A stretch of 64,000 bases of DNA, taken from assembly GCA_038231455.1 (NCBI GenBank), contig JBBRLI010000003.1, forward strand, positions 128,001-192,000, written 5' to 3'. Within the stretch, counting starts at the first letter, position 1; every line of letters begins with the position of its first letter. The translations under genes and the position numbers were made by a program. The stretch is from Vulcanimicrobiales bacterium (GTDB lineage: Bacteria > Vulcanimicrobiota > Vulcanimicrobiia > Vulcanimicrobiales > Vulcanimicrobiaceae). Positions 9,569-18,652 of this stretch are shown here, one piece after another. The notes under the pieces were generated by a model. That model was not told the DNA's origin. It did no database searches and saw only the letters and a list, made by a program, of their open reading frames with translations.

Positions 9569-10737
9569 GCGTTGTGATCGCGGGCGGCGGCCCGGCCGGA
9601 TCGGCAACGGCGCTCACCCTCGCGCGCGCCGGGATCGACGTGACAATCGTCGAGCGTGCCGCTTTTCCGCGCCGAAAAGTTTGCGGCGAATATCTCAATA
9701 GCGGCGCGGTCGCCGCACTCGATGCACTGGGACTCGGCGAAGCGATTCGCGCGATCGCGAAACCACTGCGCGGAATTCGTCTCGTCCCGCCGCACGCCGC
9801 ATCGCTCGAACTGCCCTTTCCGCGCGCGGCGCTCGCCTGCGCGCGCGCCGATCTGGATGCGATGCTGCTTGCTGCCGCGCGCGATGCGGGTGCAAACGTC
9901 ATTCACGCACGTGTCGAGGAAATCGCGTTTGCCGACGATCGCGCCGTTGGTCTCGTCGTACGCGATGAATCGGGCGATCGCCGCACCATTACCGCGCAAA
10001 CGATCGTCGGCGCCGATGGCAGCGGCTCGCTTGTCGCAAAGAAGCTCGGTCTCACGATGGCTACGAGCGGCACGCGCCGTTTCGCGGTTGGTGGGCATTA
10101 TAGCGGATTCGGCGACTTAGGTGGGTACGTGGAGATGTATGTCGGAACGGGCGCATACTTTGCCATCAATCCGCTCGATGCCGCACGTGCGAACGTGATG
10201 GTCGTTGTGCCGGATCGCGCCCTCGCGCAGTGGTCGAGCGATGTCGATGAGGGCGTCCGCGGCAAGGCCGCCGATCTTGGCCGCGGACACCGTTCGTTTG
10301 CGCATACGGCTCGCATCGGTGCGCGTGTCTCGGTCGGACCGCTCGCGCACCGCGTTCGCGCGCCGATCGCTCCCGGTGCCATCCTCGTTGGCGATGCTGC
10401 CGGTTTTCTCAATCCGTTCACCGGGCAAGGCGTCTTTCTAGCGCTCAGCGGTGCTGCGCGTGCTTCCGCGGCGATCGTCCGGTCATTCGAATGTCGCGAC
10501 CAAGAAGAGGCAGCATTCGCCGCGTATGCCGATTGGCGCACGAGCGACTTCCGCGCTCGCAAGCGACTCTCGCAACTCGTGAATCTCATGATCGACGTCC
10601 CCCCGCTCGCAAAGCGCGCGGTTAGCCGTCTGCGCCAGTTGCCGGATTTGGGGACGACCCTCATCGACTCTCTTGCCGGCGCCCGTGCGCCTCAATCGGC
10701 CTTCCATCCGCTGGTTTTGGGCCGATTACTCGTATGA
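9565..10737 (+). CDS. FAD-dependent oxidoreductase/monooxygenase (geranylgeranyl reductase-like fold)
   Basis: GGGPAG, FPRRKVCGE, GADG, GDAAGFLNPFTGQG. Confidence 0.9.
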   Translation: MSVVIAGGGPAGSATALTLARAGIDVTIVERAAFPRRKVCGEYLNSGAVAALDALGLGEAIRAIAKPLRGIRLVPPHAASLELPFPRAALACARADLDAMLLAAARDAGANVIHARVEEIAFADDRAVGLVVRDESGDRRTITAQTIVGADGSGSLVAKKLGLTMATSGTRRFAVGGHYSGFGDLGGYVEMYVGTGAYFAINPLDAARANVMVVVPDRALAQWSSDVDEGVRGKAADLGRGHRSFAHTARIGARVSVGPLAHRVRAPIAPGAILVGDAAGFLNPFTGQGVFLALSGAARASAAIVRSFECRDQEEAAFAAYADWRTSDFRARKRLSQLVNLMIDVPPLAKRAVSRLRQLPDLGTTLIDSLAGARAPQSAFHPLVLGRLLV

Positions 10738-11180
10738 TCGTCACGCGGAACTCGATCGACATCAACGCGCCCGCGCTCCGGATTTACGGCTTTGCGGCCC
10801 CGACCGAACGCTGGCCGCAGATTCTGCCGCACTACCGTGACGTGCGCATCCTCTCGCGCGAGGGCAACAAGCGCATCGTCGCGATGGAGGCGTGGCGCGA
10901 CATGATTCCGATCGCGTGGGTCGCCGAACAAGTCAACGACCCCGCGCGACCGCACATCTTTTTTCATCACATTAAAGGCTGGACGCGCGGCATGGATGTG
11001 GATTGGATCTTCGAGCCGATCGCGGGCGGCACGCGAGTGACGATCGAACATCGACTCGATTTTGCATTTCCATTCGCGAGCGATTGGATCGGACGCCACG
11101 TCGTGTCGGATTTCTTCGTGCACGCCGTGGCTAGCCGAACGCTCGCGCGTATCAAAATCCTCGCCGAAGGGACCGAATGA
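10734..11180 (+). CDS. SRPBCC/polyketide cyclase-aromatase family protein
   Basis: WPQILPHY motif, START-like size and pattern, GMDVDWIF. Confidence 0.8.
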   Translation: MIVTRNSIDINAPALRIYGFAAPTERWPQILPHYRDVRILSREGNKRIVAMEAWRDMIPIAWVAEQVNDPARPHIFFHHIKGWTRGMDVDWIFEPIAGGTRVTIEHRLDFAFPFASDWIGRHVVSDFFVHAVASRTLARIKILAEGTE

Positions 11181-12412
11181 CCCATCGCGTTGTCGTCACC
11201 GGGATTGGCGTCGTTACGCCGATCGGCATCGGAGTCGATGCCCTCTGGGAGGCGACACTCGCCGAACGGATCGCGATCAAGCCGATCACCCGATTCCCGA
11301 CCGACGGCTACCGCTCGAAACTTGCCGCTCAGGTCGAAAATTTCGATGCGGCGAACTTCATGAGCGCGCGCCGCATCCGTTGGACGGATCGTTTTTCGCA
11401 ATTTGCCGTCGCCGCTACCCGCCTTGCGATCGACGATGCCAAGGTTGCACCGACCGTCGATGATGATGAAGTCGGCGTTTTCATGGGTTCTGCACTCGGC
11501 GGCCTTGCCTATGCCGACGAACAACACGACGTCTTCCGCGAGAAAGGTCTCGAGGCGATTCGCCCGTTGCTCGCGATCTCGGTGTTCGGTGGTGCATCGA
11601 CGTGCAACGTCGCGATGGAATTCGGCTTTTCCGGACCCAATGTCGCAAATGGCAACTCGTGCGCCTCGGGAGCCGTCGCGATCGGCGATGCGTACCGCGC
11701 GATCGCGCGCGGCGAAATACGTGCCGCAGTCGCCGGAGGTGTCGAGGCTCCGCTGGCACCGTTGATCTTCGGTGCGTTTACCGTGATTCGCGCGATGTCC
11801 ACACGCAACGATGATCCCGAGCACGCAAGCCGACCGTTCGATCTGAACCGCGATGGTTTTGTGATGGCCGAGGGCAGCGGCGTGCTCTATCTCGAGCGTT
11901 ATGAGGATGCCGTGCGACGCGGTGCGCGGATCTACGGCGAGATCGTCGGCTACGGTCTCACCAACGACGCGCACCATATGTCGGCACCACGACCCGACGG
12001 CGTAATGGCGGCACGCGCGATGACAAAGGCAATGCACGAGGCGCACGTCACGCCGAACGACGTTGACCTCATCAACGCGCACGGCTCTGGGACGGCGATC
12101 GGAGATGCCAGCGAGACGCTGGCCTTCGGGCGCGCGTTCGGTGACGCGCTCCCGGGGATCCCCGTGACCGCGACCAAAGGCCAGCACGGCCACGCGCTGG
12201 GTGCCACCGGCGCCTGGGAGGCAGCGCTTTCTTTGCTCTCGATTGCGCACCAAACCGTGCCGAAGAGCGTCAATTCAACTGATGAAGACCCCGATTGCCG
12301 GCTCCCCATTACCCGGGAACGCCTCGACCTCGCCCCACGCGTTATCCTCAGCAACTCCGCCGGATTCGGCGGCATCAACGCCGCGCTCGTCTTCCAACGC
12401 GTCGATGCATGA
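11177..12412 (+). CDS. Beta-ketoacyl-ACP synthase (FabF/KS-alpha type)
   Basis: VVVTGIG; catalytic Cys in SCASG; His in NAHGSGT and KGQHGH; GFGGINA. Confidence 0.92.
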   Translation: MTHRVVVTGIGVVTPIGIGVDALWEATLAERIAIKPITRFPTDGYRSKLAAQVENFDAANFMSARRIRWTDRFSQFAVAATRLAIDDAKVAPTVDDDEVGVFMGSALGGLAYADEQHDVFREKGLEAIRPLLAISVFGGASTCNVAMEFGFSGPNVANGNSCASGAVAIGDAYRAIARGEIRAAVAGGVEAPLAPLIFGAFTVIRAMSTRNDDPEHASRPFDLNRDGFVMAEGSGVLYLERYEDAVRRGARIYGEIVGYGLTNDAHHMSAPRPDGVMAARAMTKAMHEAHVTPNDVDLINAHGSGTAIGDASETLAFGRAFGDALPGIPVTATKGQHGHALGATGAWEAALSLLSIAHQTVPKSVNSTDEDPDCRLPITRERLDLAPRVILSNSAGFGGINAALVFQRVDA

Positions 12413-13076
12413 TCCGGTCGTCGTCCGCGACGCGCGCAAAGTCTACGCGGGCGAAGGCGCGGAGGTAATCGCGCTTGCGGGCGTCTCGCTTACGGTGAAA
12501 GCCGGCGAGATCGTCGCTCTGGTCGGACCCAGTGGCTGTGGCAAATCCACGTTGCTCAACCTCGTTGGCTGTGTCGATTTACCGTCGAGCGGCGAGATTC
12601 TCGTTGACGGCCGCAACACAAGCGACCTCGACGACGATGCGCTGACGCTCTTGCGGCGCGATCGCGTCGGCACGATCTTCCAGTTTTTCAATCTCTTACC
12701 CGCACTCACGGTCGAAGCGAATGTCGGATTACCGCTGGTCTTGCAGCGCGTTCCCCCTGCCGATGTCGCGAAGCGCGTCGCGCGTGCGCTCGAAGAAGTC
12801 GGGATCACCGACAAAGCGCGCGTCTATCCGCCACAAATTTCCGGTGGACAAATGCAGCGCGTGGCGATTGCCCGCGCCATGGTCCACGATCCGGCGATTC
12901 TGCTCGCTGATGAACCGACCGGAAATCTCGATACGCAGAACGGTGCAAACGTGCTGCGGATGCTGCGCGATCTCGCCGATCGCGGTCAGGCGATTCTGAT
13001 GGCAACGCACAGTCTCGAGGCGGCCGCAATCTGCGACCGCACGATCCGCATGCAAGACGGTCGTATCGTCGGATGA
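12405..13076 (+). CDS. ABC transporter ATP-binding protein (LolD/AttE-like)
   Basis: [26 protein letters not shown]. Confidence 0.95.
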   Translation: MHDPVVVRDARKVYAGEGAEVIALAGVSLTVKAGEIVALVGPSGCGKSTLLNLVGCVDLPSSGEILVDGRNTSDLDDDALTLLRRDRVGTIFQFFNLLPALTVEANVGLPLVLQRVPPADVAKRVARALEEVGITDKARVYPPQISGGQMQRVAIARAMVHDPAILLADEPTGNLDTQNGANVLRMLRDLADRGQAILMATHSLEAAAICDRTIRMQDGRIVG

Positions 13077-15655
13077 ACGCGCTCTTTCGGGCGCTGGTTC
13101 TCGGGCATCTGCGCGGTAACAAACTTCGTACCGGCGTGACGATCCTTGCCGTCGCGCTTGGCGTGGCAATCGCGCTTGCCATCGATCTTGCCAACGCCAC
13201 CGCCGTCTCGTCGTTTGCCTCATCGGTCAACATTATCTCGAGCAAAGTCAACCTCCAAGTCTTGGGTGTCGGTCGCGGCTTCGACGAGAACACCATCCTG
13301 CGCGTGCAAGACGTGCCGGGTGTGCAGTATGCGAGCCCGACGATCGAAGACTCGCTCGTGGTCGGCGCCAAACCCGGCGATCCGCTCTCGGGCGAGATTT
13401 TGCACGTACTCGGCATCGACTTGCTGCGTCCGCTTCCCGGCGATACGACGGCGGGCGGGCTTCCCGGTACCGTCGCCGAGTCCGCAACCACCACCGCGCC
13501 CGATCCGTACGCACTCGTGAACGCTCACGGCGCGTTCTTAAGCGAACGCGTCGCCGCGAAATATCATCTGAAAGTCGGCGATCCGATCGTCGGCCTTGCG
13601 GGCGATCGTCCCGTCACGCTGCGCGTCTCGGCAATCGTTCCCAAGGCCGTCGCGGGTATCGATTCATCGGTCGTCTTCGTCGACATCGCGACGGCGCAAG
13701 AACTCTTTGAAAAAATCGGCCGTCTCGACCGTATCGATCTCGTCATCGACCCGGCGCAACTGCCCGCTGCAATCGCCGCCGTGCGCAAAGTCATCCCGGC
13801 GGGAACGCGCGCGATCGAGCCGGCCGTGCGGACGAGCGAAATCAAACGCATGCTGCGGAGCTTCCAGCTCAATTTGGCCGCGCTCTCGTACATCGCGATG
13901 CTCGTTGGCATGTATCTGATCTACAACACCGTCGCGATCTCCGTCGTCCAGCGTCGCCCGGAAGTCGGGACGCTTCGCGCGCTTGGCGCAACGCGCGGCC
14001 AGATCTTTAAGACCTTCCTTACCGAAGGCGCGCTCTTCGGCATCATCGGGTCGGTCGCCGGGCTCGTGCTAGGCGGTTTGCTCGCGCAGCTTTCGGTCGG
14101 CGCGGTTTCGCGCACCGTCGACGCGCTTTACGTCGCAAGCCACGCCGATCACGTGAACTACGCGCCGCTGGTCTTGCTCAAGGCGTTCGTCGTCGGGGTG
14201 GTCCTTGCGACGATCTCGGCGGTCTTTCCGGCGATCGATGCCGCACGCACGGTTCCGGCGCTCACGATGCGTTCGCAAGGCTTCGAGCGCCGCTCGCCGT
14301 CGCTCGCGCGCAACGCCGCATTCATTGGTGTCGCGCTGCTCCTGGCAGCGTACGCATGCACGTTCGTTCCCGCAATCGATGACATTCCGGTCTTCGGCTA
14401 CGCCGCCGGCCTCTTGATCATCTTTGGCGGTACGCTTTTCGCGCCGATCGCGATCACCACGCTCGCGCACGTGGGCACGCGCCTGCTCGAAAAACGCTCG
14501 CCCGCCGGGACGCTGGCCGTCGCCAACCTCGGATCGTCGCTCATCCGCAATAGCGTTGCGGTGGCATCGCTCATGATCGCGATTGCGATGATGGTGTCGG
14601 TTGCGATCCTCATCGGGTCGTTTCGCACCACCGTCGTTGCGTGGGCCGACGATACGCTGCGGGCCGATTTATTCGTGCGACCGCTCGGGCTTGCCGATGC
14701 ATCGTACGACTCGCGTTTCTCGCCCTCGATCGTCCCTAAAATTCAGAAGCTCGCGGGTGTCGATGCCGTCGACACGTTCCGCGGGATTTCGATTCCGTTC
14801 CGCGACCGCCTCACGACGCTGGGTGCGACCGACTTTTATTCAGCTGCGGATCGAAACAAGCTGCGTTTCATCGGGGCGACCGATATGCGCGCGCTCGCGC
14901 ATCAGTTACCCGGCAACAACGCCGTGGTGATTAGCGAACCGTTTGCGACGCGGTTCAAACTCGACCGTGGGGATTCGTTCGTCCTCAACACGCCCGCGGG
15001 GAACGTCTCGCTCAAGATTTTGGCGATCTATAACGACTATTCCAGCGACTCGGGCATCATGCTCATGGACAAGCGGACGTTCGCGCGTCTCTACCACGAT
15101 GACTCGATCAACTCGATTGCCATTTACGCGAAACCCGGCGTCGATCTTGCGCAACTACGGAGCGATGTCGTGCGGTCCGTGTTGCCGCTCAAGGTTGACG
15201 CCCAGACGACGCGTGAATTGCGCGGTCTTGTTATCCAAATCTTCAATCGGACGTTTGCGATTACGTACGCGCTCTACATCATCTCCATTACGATTGCCGT
15301 GCTTGGCGTCGTGTCCACGCTCTTTGCGCTCGTGCTCGAACGGAAACGGGAGATTGGGCTCATGCGGTATCTTGGGCTCCGGGCGCGTGATGTTCGGCGG
15401 ATGGTGTATTACGAAGCGGGGTTCATTGGGTTTCTTGGGGGCTTAGGTGGGGTTGTCGTCGGGGTGCTGCTTGCGCTGCTGTTGATTTTTGTCATTAATC
15501 GCCAGGCGTTTGGGTGGCTCATCGAGTTGCATATGCCATACGATTTTCTTGGCGAGGCTATTGCGCTTGTTATTGTGGCGGCGCTTATTGCCGGGATTTA
15601 TCCGGCTGGGGTTGCTGCTCGTATTCGTACCGCTGAGGCTGTTCGTGCTGAATAA
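13073..15655 (+). CDS. FtsX/MacB-type ABC permease with duplicated domains (AttF/G-like)
   Basis: 860 aa; two FtsX-type TM blocks (RRPEVGTLRALG; ERKREIGLMRYLG). Confidence 0.9.
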   Translation: MNALFRALVLGHLRGNKLRTGVTILAVALGVAIALAIDLANATAVSSFASSVNIISSKVNLQVLGVGRGFDENTILRVQDVPGVQYASPTIEDSLVVGAKPGDPLSGEILHVLGIDLLRPLPGDTTAGGLPGTVAESATTTAPDPYALVNAHGAFLSERVAAKYHLKVGDPIVGLAGDRPVTLRVSAIVPKAVAGIDSSVVFVDIATAQELFEKIGRLDRIDLVIDPAQLPAAIAAVRKVIPAGTRAIEPAVRTSEIKRMLRSFQLNLAALSYIAMLVGMYLIYNTVAISVVQRRPEVGTLRALGATRGQIFKTFLTEGALFGIIGSVAGLVLGGLLAQLSVGAVSRTVDALYVASHADHVNYAPLVLLKAFVVGVVLATISAVFPAIDAARTVPALTMRSQGFERRSPSLARNAAFIGVALLLAAYACTFVPAIDDIPVFGYAAGLLIIFGGTLFAPIAITTLAHVGTRLLEKRSPAGTLAVANLGSSLIRNSVAVASLMIAIAMMVSVAILIGSFRTTVVAWADDTLRADLFVRPLGLADASYDSRFSPSIVPKIQKLAGVDAVDTFRGISIPFRDRLTTLGATDFYSAADRNKLRFIGATDMRALAHQLPGNNAVVISEPFATRFKLDRGDSFVLNTPAGNVSLKILAIYNDYSSDSGIMLMDKRTFARLYHDDSINSIAIYAKPGVDLAQLRSDVVRSVLPLKVDAQTTRELRGLVIQIFNRTFAITYALYIISITIAVLGVVSTLFALVLERKREIGLMRYLGLRARDVRRMVYYEAGFIGFLGGLGGVVVGVLLALLLIFVINRQAFGWLIELHMPYDFLGEAIALVIVAALIAGIYPAGVAARIRTAEAVRAE

Positions 15656-16874
15656 AATCGTTAAACAATTGTGGCTGGCGGTGGGGGCTGATAGTGCAGC
15701 TCCGGGGACGCTCGTTTCGCCCATCCATGGGCGAAACATCGCTGCGTGCGGAGTTGCTCTCGCCATCCTGGCTTCGCAACTCCTTACAGCCCCCGGAGCT
15801 GCACTATCAGCCCCCACCGCTGGGCACGATCATTTAGCCGCTTCTTCTAAGCCGTTTACTGCTGCCTTGGCACCATTTCGGTTTTCATTTCCTCGAGATC
15901 ATGCCGCGCATACCGATTATCAATCGGAGTGGTGGTACTACACGGGCCACGTCAAGGCGAAAGATGGGCGTCGGTTTGGTTATGAGCTTACGTTTTTTCG
16001 TGTGGGGTTGAAGCCCGGCGATCCGGCTACGCAAAAGTTGCAGTCGAAGTGGCGTGGGAATGAGTTATATCCCGCGCATTTTGCACTCACCGATGAGCGT
16101 GGCAAGACGTTCGTGCATTACGAGCGGTTTGCTCGGGAGGCGCTTGGGGCTGGGCGGGCTTCGACGAAGGATCTGGATGTTCGCGTTGGGGATTGGTTTG
16201 TGAAGGGTGATGGGCCGATGCAGATGCATGCTTCGGCTGGTGGTGCTTCGATTTCGTTTTCGCAAGCCTCTGAGAAACCGCCGGCTGTTCATGGGCATGA
16301 TGGGGTTTCGAAGAAGGGGCCTTGTCGTTCGTGTGCTTCGCACTACTACTCGCTTACACGGTTGCATACGACGGGGACGCTTGTTGTTGGGGGGCAGTCG
16401 CTTGCGGTTGACGGGCTTTCTTGGATGGACCATGAGTTTGGCTCTGATGAATTGCAGAAGACGCAGGCTGGGTGGGATTGGTTTGCCATTCAGCTTGATG
16501 ATAAGCGTGAGGTGATGCTCTACCGTCTTCGTCAGAAAGATGGGAGCGTTACGCCGCAGTCTTCGGGGTCCGTTGTTGCTCAAAATGGAGCCGTGTCGTA
16601 TCTTCCGCTCGATGCGTTTTCGATAGCGGCGAATGGGTCGTGGAAATCGCCGCACACCGGTGGCACGTATCCATCGGGGTGGCGCGTCACCGTTCCGGGT
16701 TCGAAGATGGATCTTACGATTGTGCCGACCGTCCTCGATCAGGAATTGAGTAATACGACCGGCGGCATTTCGTATTGGGAAGGCGCCGTTGATGTCAAAG
16801 ACACCGCTACGGGACGCGTTATCGGCGTTGGTTATGTCGAGCTCACCGGGTACGCGGGGGCGATCAGTCTTTAG
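15645..16874 (+). CDS. AttH/CrtC-like lipocalin-domain protein; start GTG 15645 inferred
   Basis: FPRDHAAH, EWWYYTG, WMDHEF, GWDWF, YWEG, GYVELTGY motifs; GTG overlaps permease end. Confidence 0.85.
   Translation: MLNKIVKQLWLAVGADSAAPGTLVSPIHGRNIAACGVALAILASQLLTAPGAALSAPTAGHDHLAASSKPFTAALAPFRFSFPRDHAAHTDYQSEWWYYTGHVKAKDGRRFGYELTFFRVGLKPGDPATQKLQSKWRGNELYPAHFALTDERGKTFVHYERFAREALGAGRASTKDLDVRVGDWFVKGDGPMQMHASAGGASISFSQASEKPPAVHGHDGVSKKGPCRSCASHYYSLTRLHTTGTLVVGGQSLAVDGLSWMDHEFGSDELQKTQAGWDWFAIQLDDKREVMLYRLRQKDGSVTPQSSGSVVAQNGAVSYLPLDAFSIAANGSWKSPHTGGTYPSGWRVTVPGSKMDLTIVPTVLDQELSNTTGGISYWEGAVDVKDTATGRVIGVGYVELTGYAGAISL
15678..15820. mobile_element. MITE/REP-like palindromic element with 30-bp perfect terminal inverted repeats
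   Basis: GCGGTGGGGGCTGATAGTGCAGCTCCGGGG (15678-15707) is the exact reverse complement of 15791-15820; inner hairpins at 15714-15737 and 15750-15783. Confidence 0.8.
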
Positions 16875-18434
16875 CTAGGCGGCGCTGGATTCGCCCTCTT
16901 CGGCTTTTACCGATTTGCGTAAGGCGACGATCGTGCTTTTTGCGTCGGAGCGGATTTCGACGCCGTCCATGAGTGCGCGCATCATCGGGAGGCCGCGGCC
17001 GCGTTCTTCGCGTTTTTGCGATGGGCGCCACTTGCCGTGGTCTTCGATCTTGATGTGGAGTTCGTCGTTTTCGAACGTGGCCTCGACGCGAGCTAAGCCC
17101 GGGCGCTCGTTGCCGTATGCGTGTTCGACGGCGTTTGCGATCGCTTCACCGACGGCCGTAAGCACACCGAAGCGCGTGTCTTCGCTCAAGTTGACGGACT
17201 CAAGCCAGCGCGAGAGAGAACGGCGCACCATGGGGACGGCCATTGGGAGCGCGGAGAATTCGAAGAAGAACGCTTTACGTTCGTGCGGTCCTATGCTTAC
17301 CGTGAGGGTAGCCACGTCATCGGTGTTTTCTTGGTCGGCGAATATCCGCCGCTGCAGAGCGCGCGCCGGCTCGAGTGGTGCCGGCACATCCATCATCTGT
17401 GCGCGCAGGGCATCGAGGAGCATCGCCTCGCCGGCGAGGACGTCGCGCGAATATTCGATGAGTCCGTCGGTGTAGAGTGTGAGAAGCGAGCCGGCCGGAA
17501 GTGTGAACGTCCAGTCCGTCGCGTCCACGCTCTCCGCAATTCCAAGCGGGATGCCATCGGCGGGGAGTCGCTCGGCAAGTCCGGAGGGCAACGTCAGGAT
17601 CGGCGGGGGATGGCCGGCGCTCGCGTACGATAGCGTACACGTGTGCGGATCGATAATCCCGAAGAGCGCGGTGACCATGACCGGGTTCGAACGCATGTTG
17701 ACGATGGTGTTGGCGCGTTCGATGACGAGTGATGGCGATTTTGGATTGATCGCCGATGCGCGGAAGGCTTGGCGGACCTCGCCCATCACCACGGCCGCGC
17801 GTAGTCCGTGTCCGGCCACATCGCCGATCGAAATCGCGATGCGACCGTCGGGGAGTTCGAAGGCGTCGTACCAGTCGCCGCCGACGATTGCTTCCTGCGC
17901 GCCGGGGCGGTAGGCCGCGTCGTAAAGCATGTTTTCGTGCGTTGGGAGCCGCTCGGGAAGCAGCGCTCGCTGAAGCGTATCGGCGACGAGGTGCTCGCGG
18001 GCATAGGCGCGGGCGCTGTCGATTGCAAGCGCCGCCCTTAGTGCGAGTTCTTCGAACAGGACGATTTCGGCGCCATCGAAACCCGCCAAGCGCGCGACGC
18101 GCAGCACGCCGAAGAATTGATCGCGTGCGACGAGCGGAATGTCGACGGCGAGCGGCGCGTCGGGAGGGCCATGAAAGACGAAGCGGCGGTCGCTCAGCGA
18201 AAGCGCGATCGGATGCGTGGCAAAGCTGTTCTCCACATCGCCCGCGTGGGCGAGTGAGATGAAGCCCGGCGGCTCGTCTTCAATCAGCGCAACGGCGAAT
18301 GCGTCGGCGTGATGGGGAACCGTGAAGGCGGCAACCCCGGCAAGCGCCGCAGAGAAATCGAAGGAGGACGCGAGTGTTTTCGTCGCGTGGGAGAGATACC
18401 GTAGCGTCGCCGACAAGCGATCGGCATCGGTCAT
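16875..18434 (-). CDS. GAF + SpoIIE/PP2C phosphatase + HATPase (anti-sigma kinase-like) fusion
   Basis: VGGDWYD, GDVAGHG, LYTDGLIE, DD; C-terminal EAIANAVEH...GRGL. Confidence 0.9.
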   Translation of the reverse strand: MTDADRLSATLRYLSHATKTLASSFDFSAALAGVAAFTVPHHADAFAVALIEDEPPGFISLAHAGDVENSFATHPIALSLSDRRFVFHGPPDAPLAVDIPLVARDQFFGVLRVARLAGFDGAEIVLFEELALRAALAIDSARAYAREHLVADTLQRALLPERLPTHENMLYDAAYRPGAQEAIVGGDWYDAFELPDGRIAISIGDVAGHGLRAAVVMGEVRQAFRASAINPKSPSLVIERANTIVNMRSNPVMVTALFGIIDPHTCTLSYASAGHPPPILTLPSGLAERLPADGIPLGIAESVDATDWTFTLPAGSLLTLYTDGLIEYSRDVLAGEAMLLDALRAQMMDVPAPLEPARALQRRIFADQENTDDVATLTVSIGPHERKAFFFEFSALPMAVPMVRRSLSRWLESVNLSEDTRFGVLTAVGEAIANAVEHAYGNERPGLARVEATFENDELHIKIEDHGKWRPSQKREERGRGLPMMRALMDGVEIRSDAKSTIVALRKSVKAEEGESSAA

Positions 18435-18484
18435 CGAAACCAAGCCGTGTACATCCCTGATTGCCGTCCTCCGTGGGCCCAATT

Positions 18485-18511
18485 GTTCCCTTGCTTTACC
18501 GTCGCTAAACC
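18485..18511 (-). promoter_or_regulatory. Putative SigB/SigF-type promoter
   Basis: Minus strand GGTTT-N16-GGGAAC about 50 nt upstream of the PP2C gene. Confidence 0.4.
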
Positions 18512-18652
18512 ACGGCCGATGAGTTACGCTTTCGAGGTTTTAGAGATCAACCTTTTGGGAACTTCGTCCCAGAAGCGCTTGCTTGAATCCGGATAGCTCA
18601 ACGATAGCTATACGGCGTCTCGTTTTTCGATACCGCGTAGGAGAGAGTATAC

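Noticed and set aside
15489-15644. Longer lipocalin ORF start from the ORF track
   Set aside because: It overlaps the permease C-terminus in another frame; GTG 15645 fits the operon's overlap pattern.
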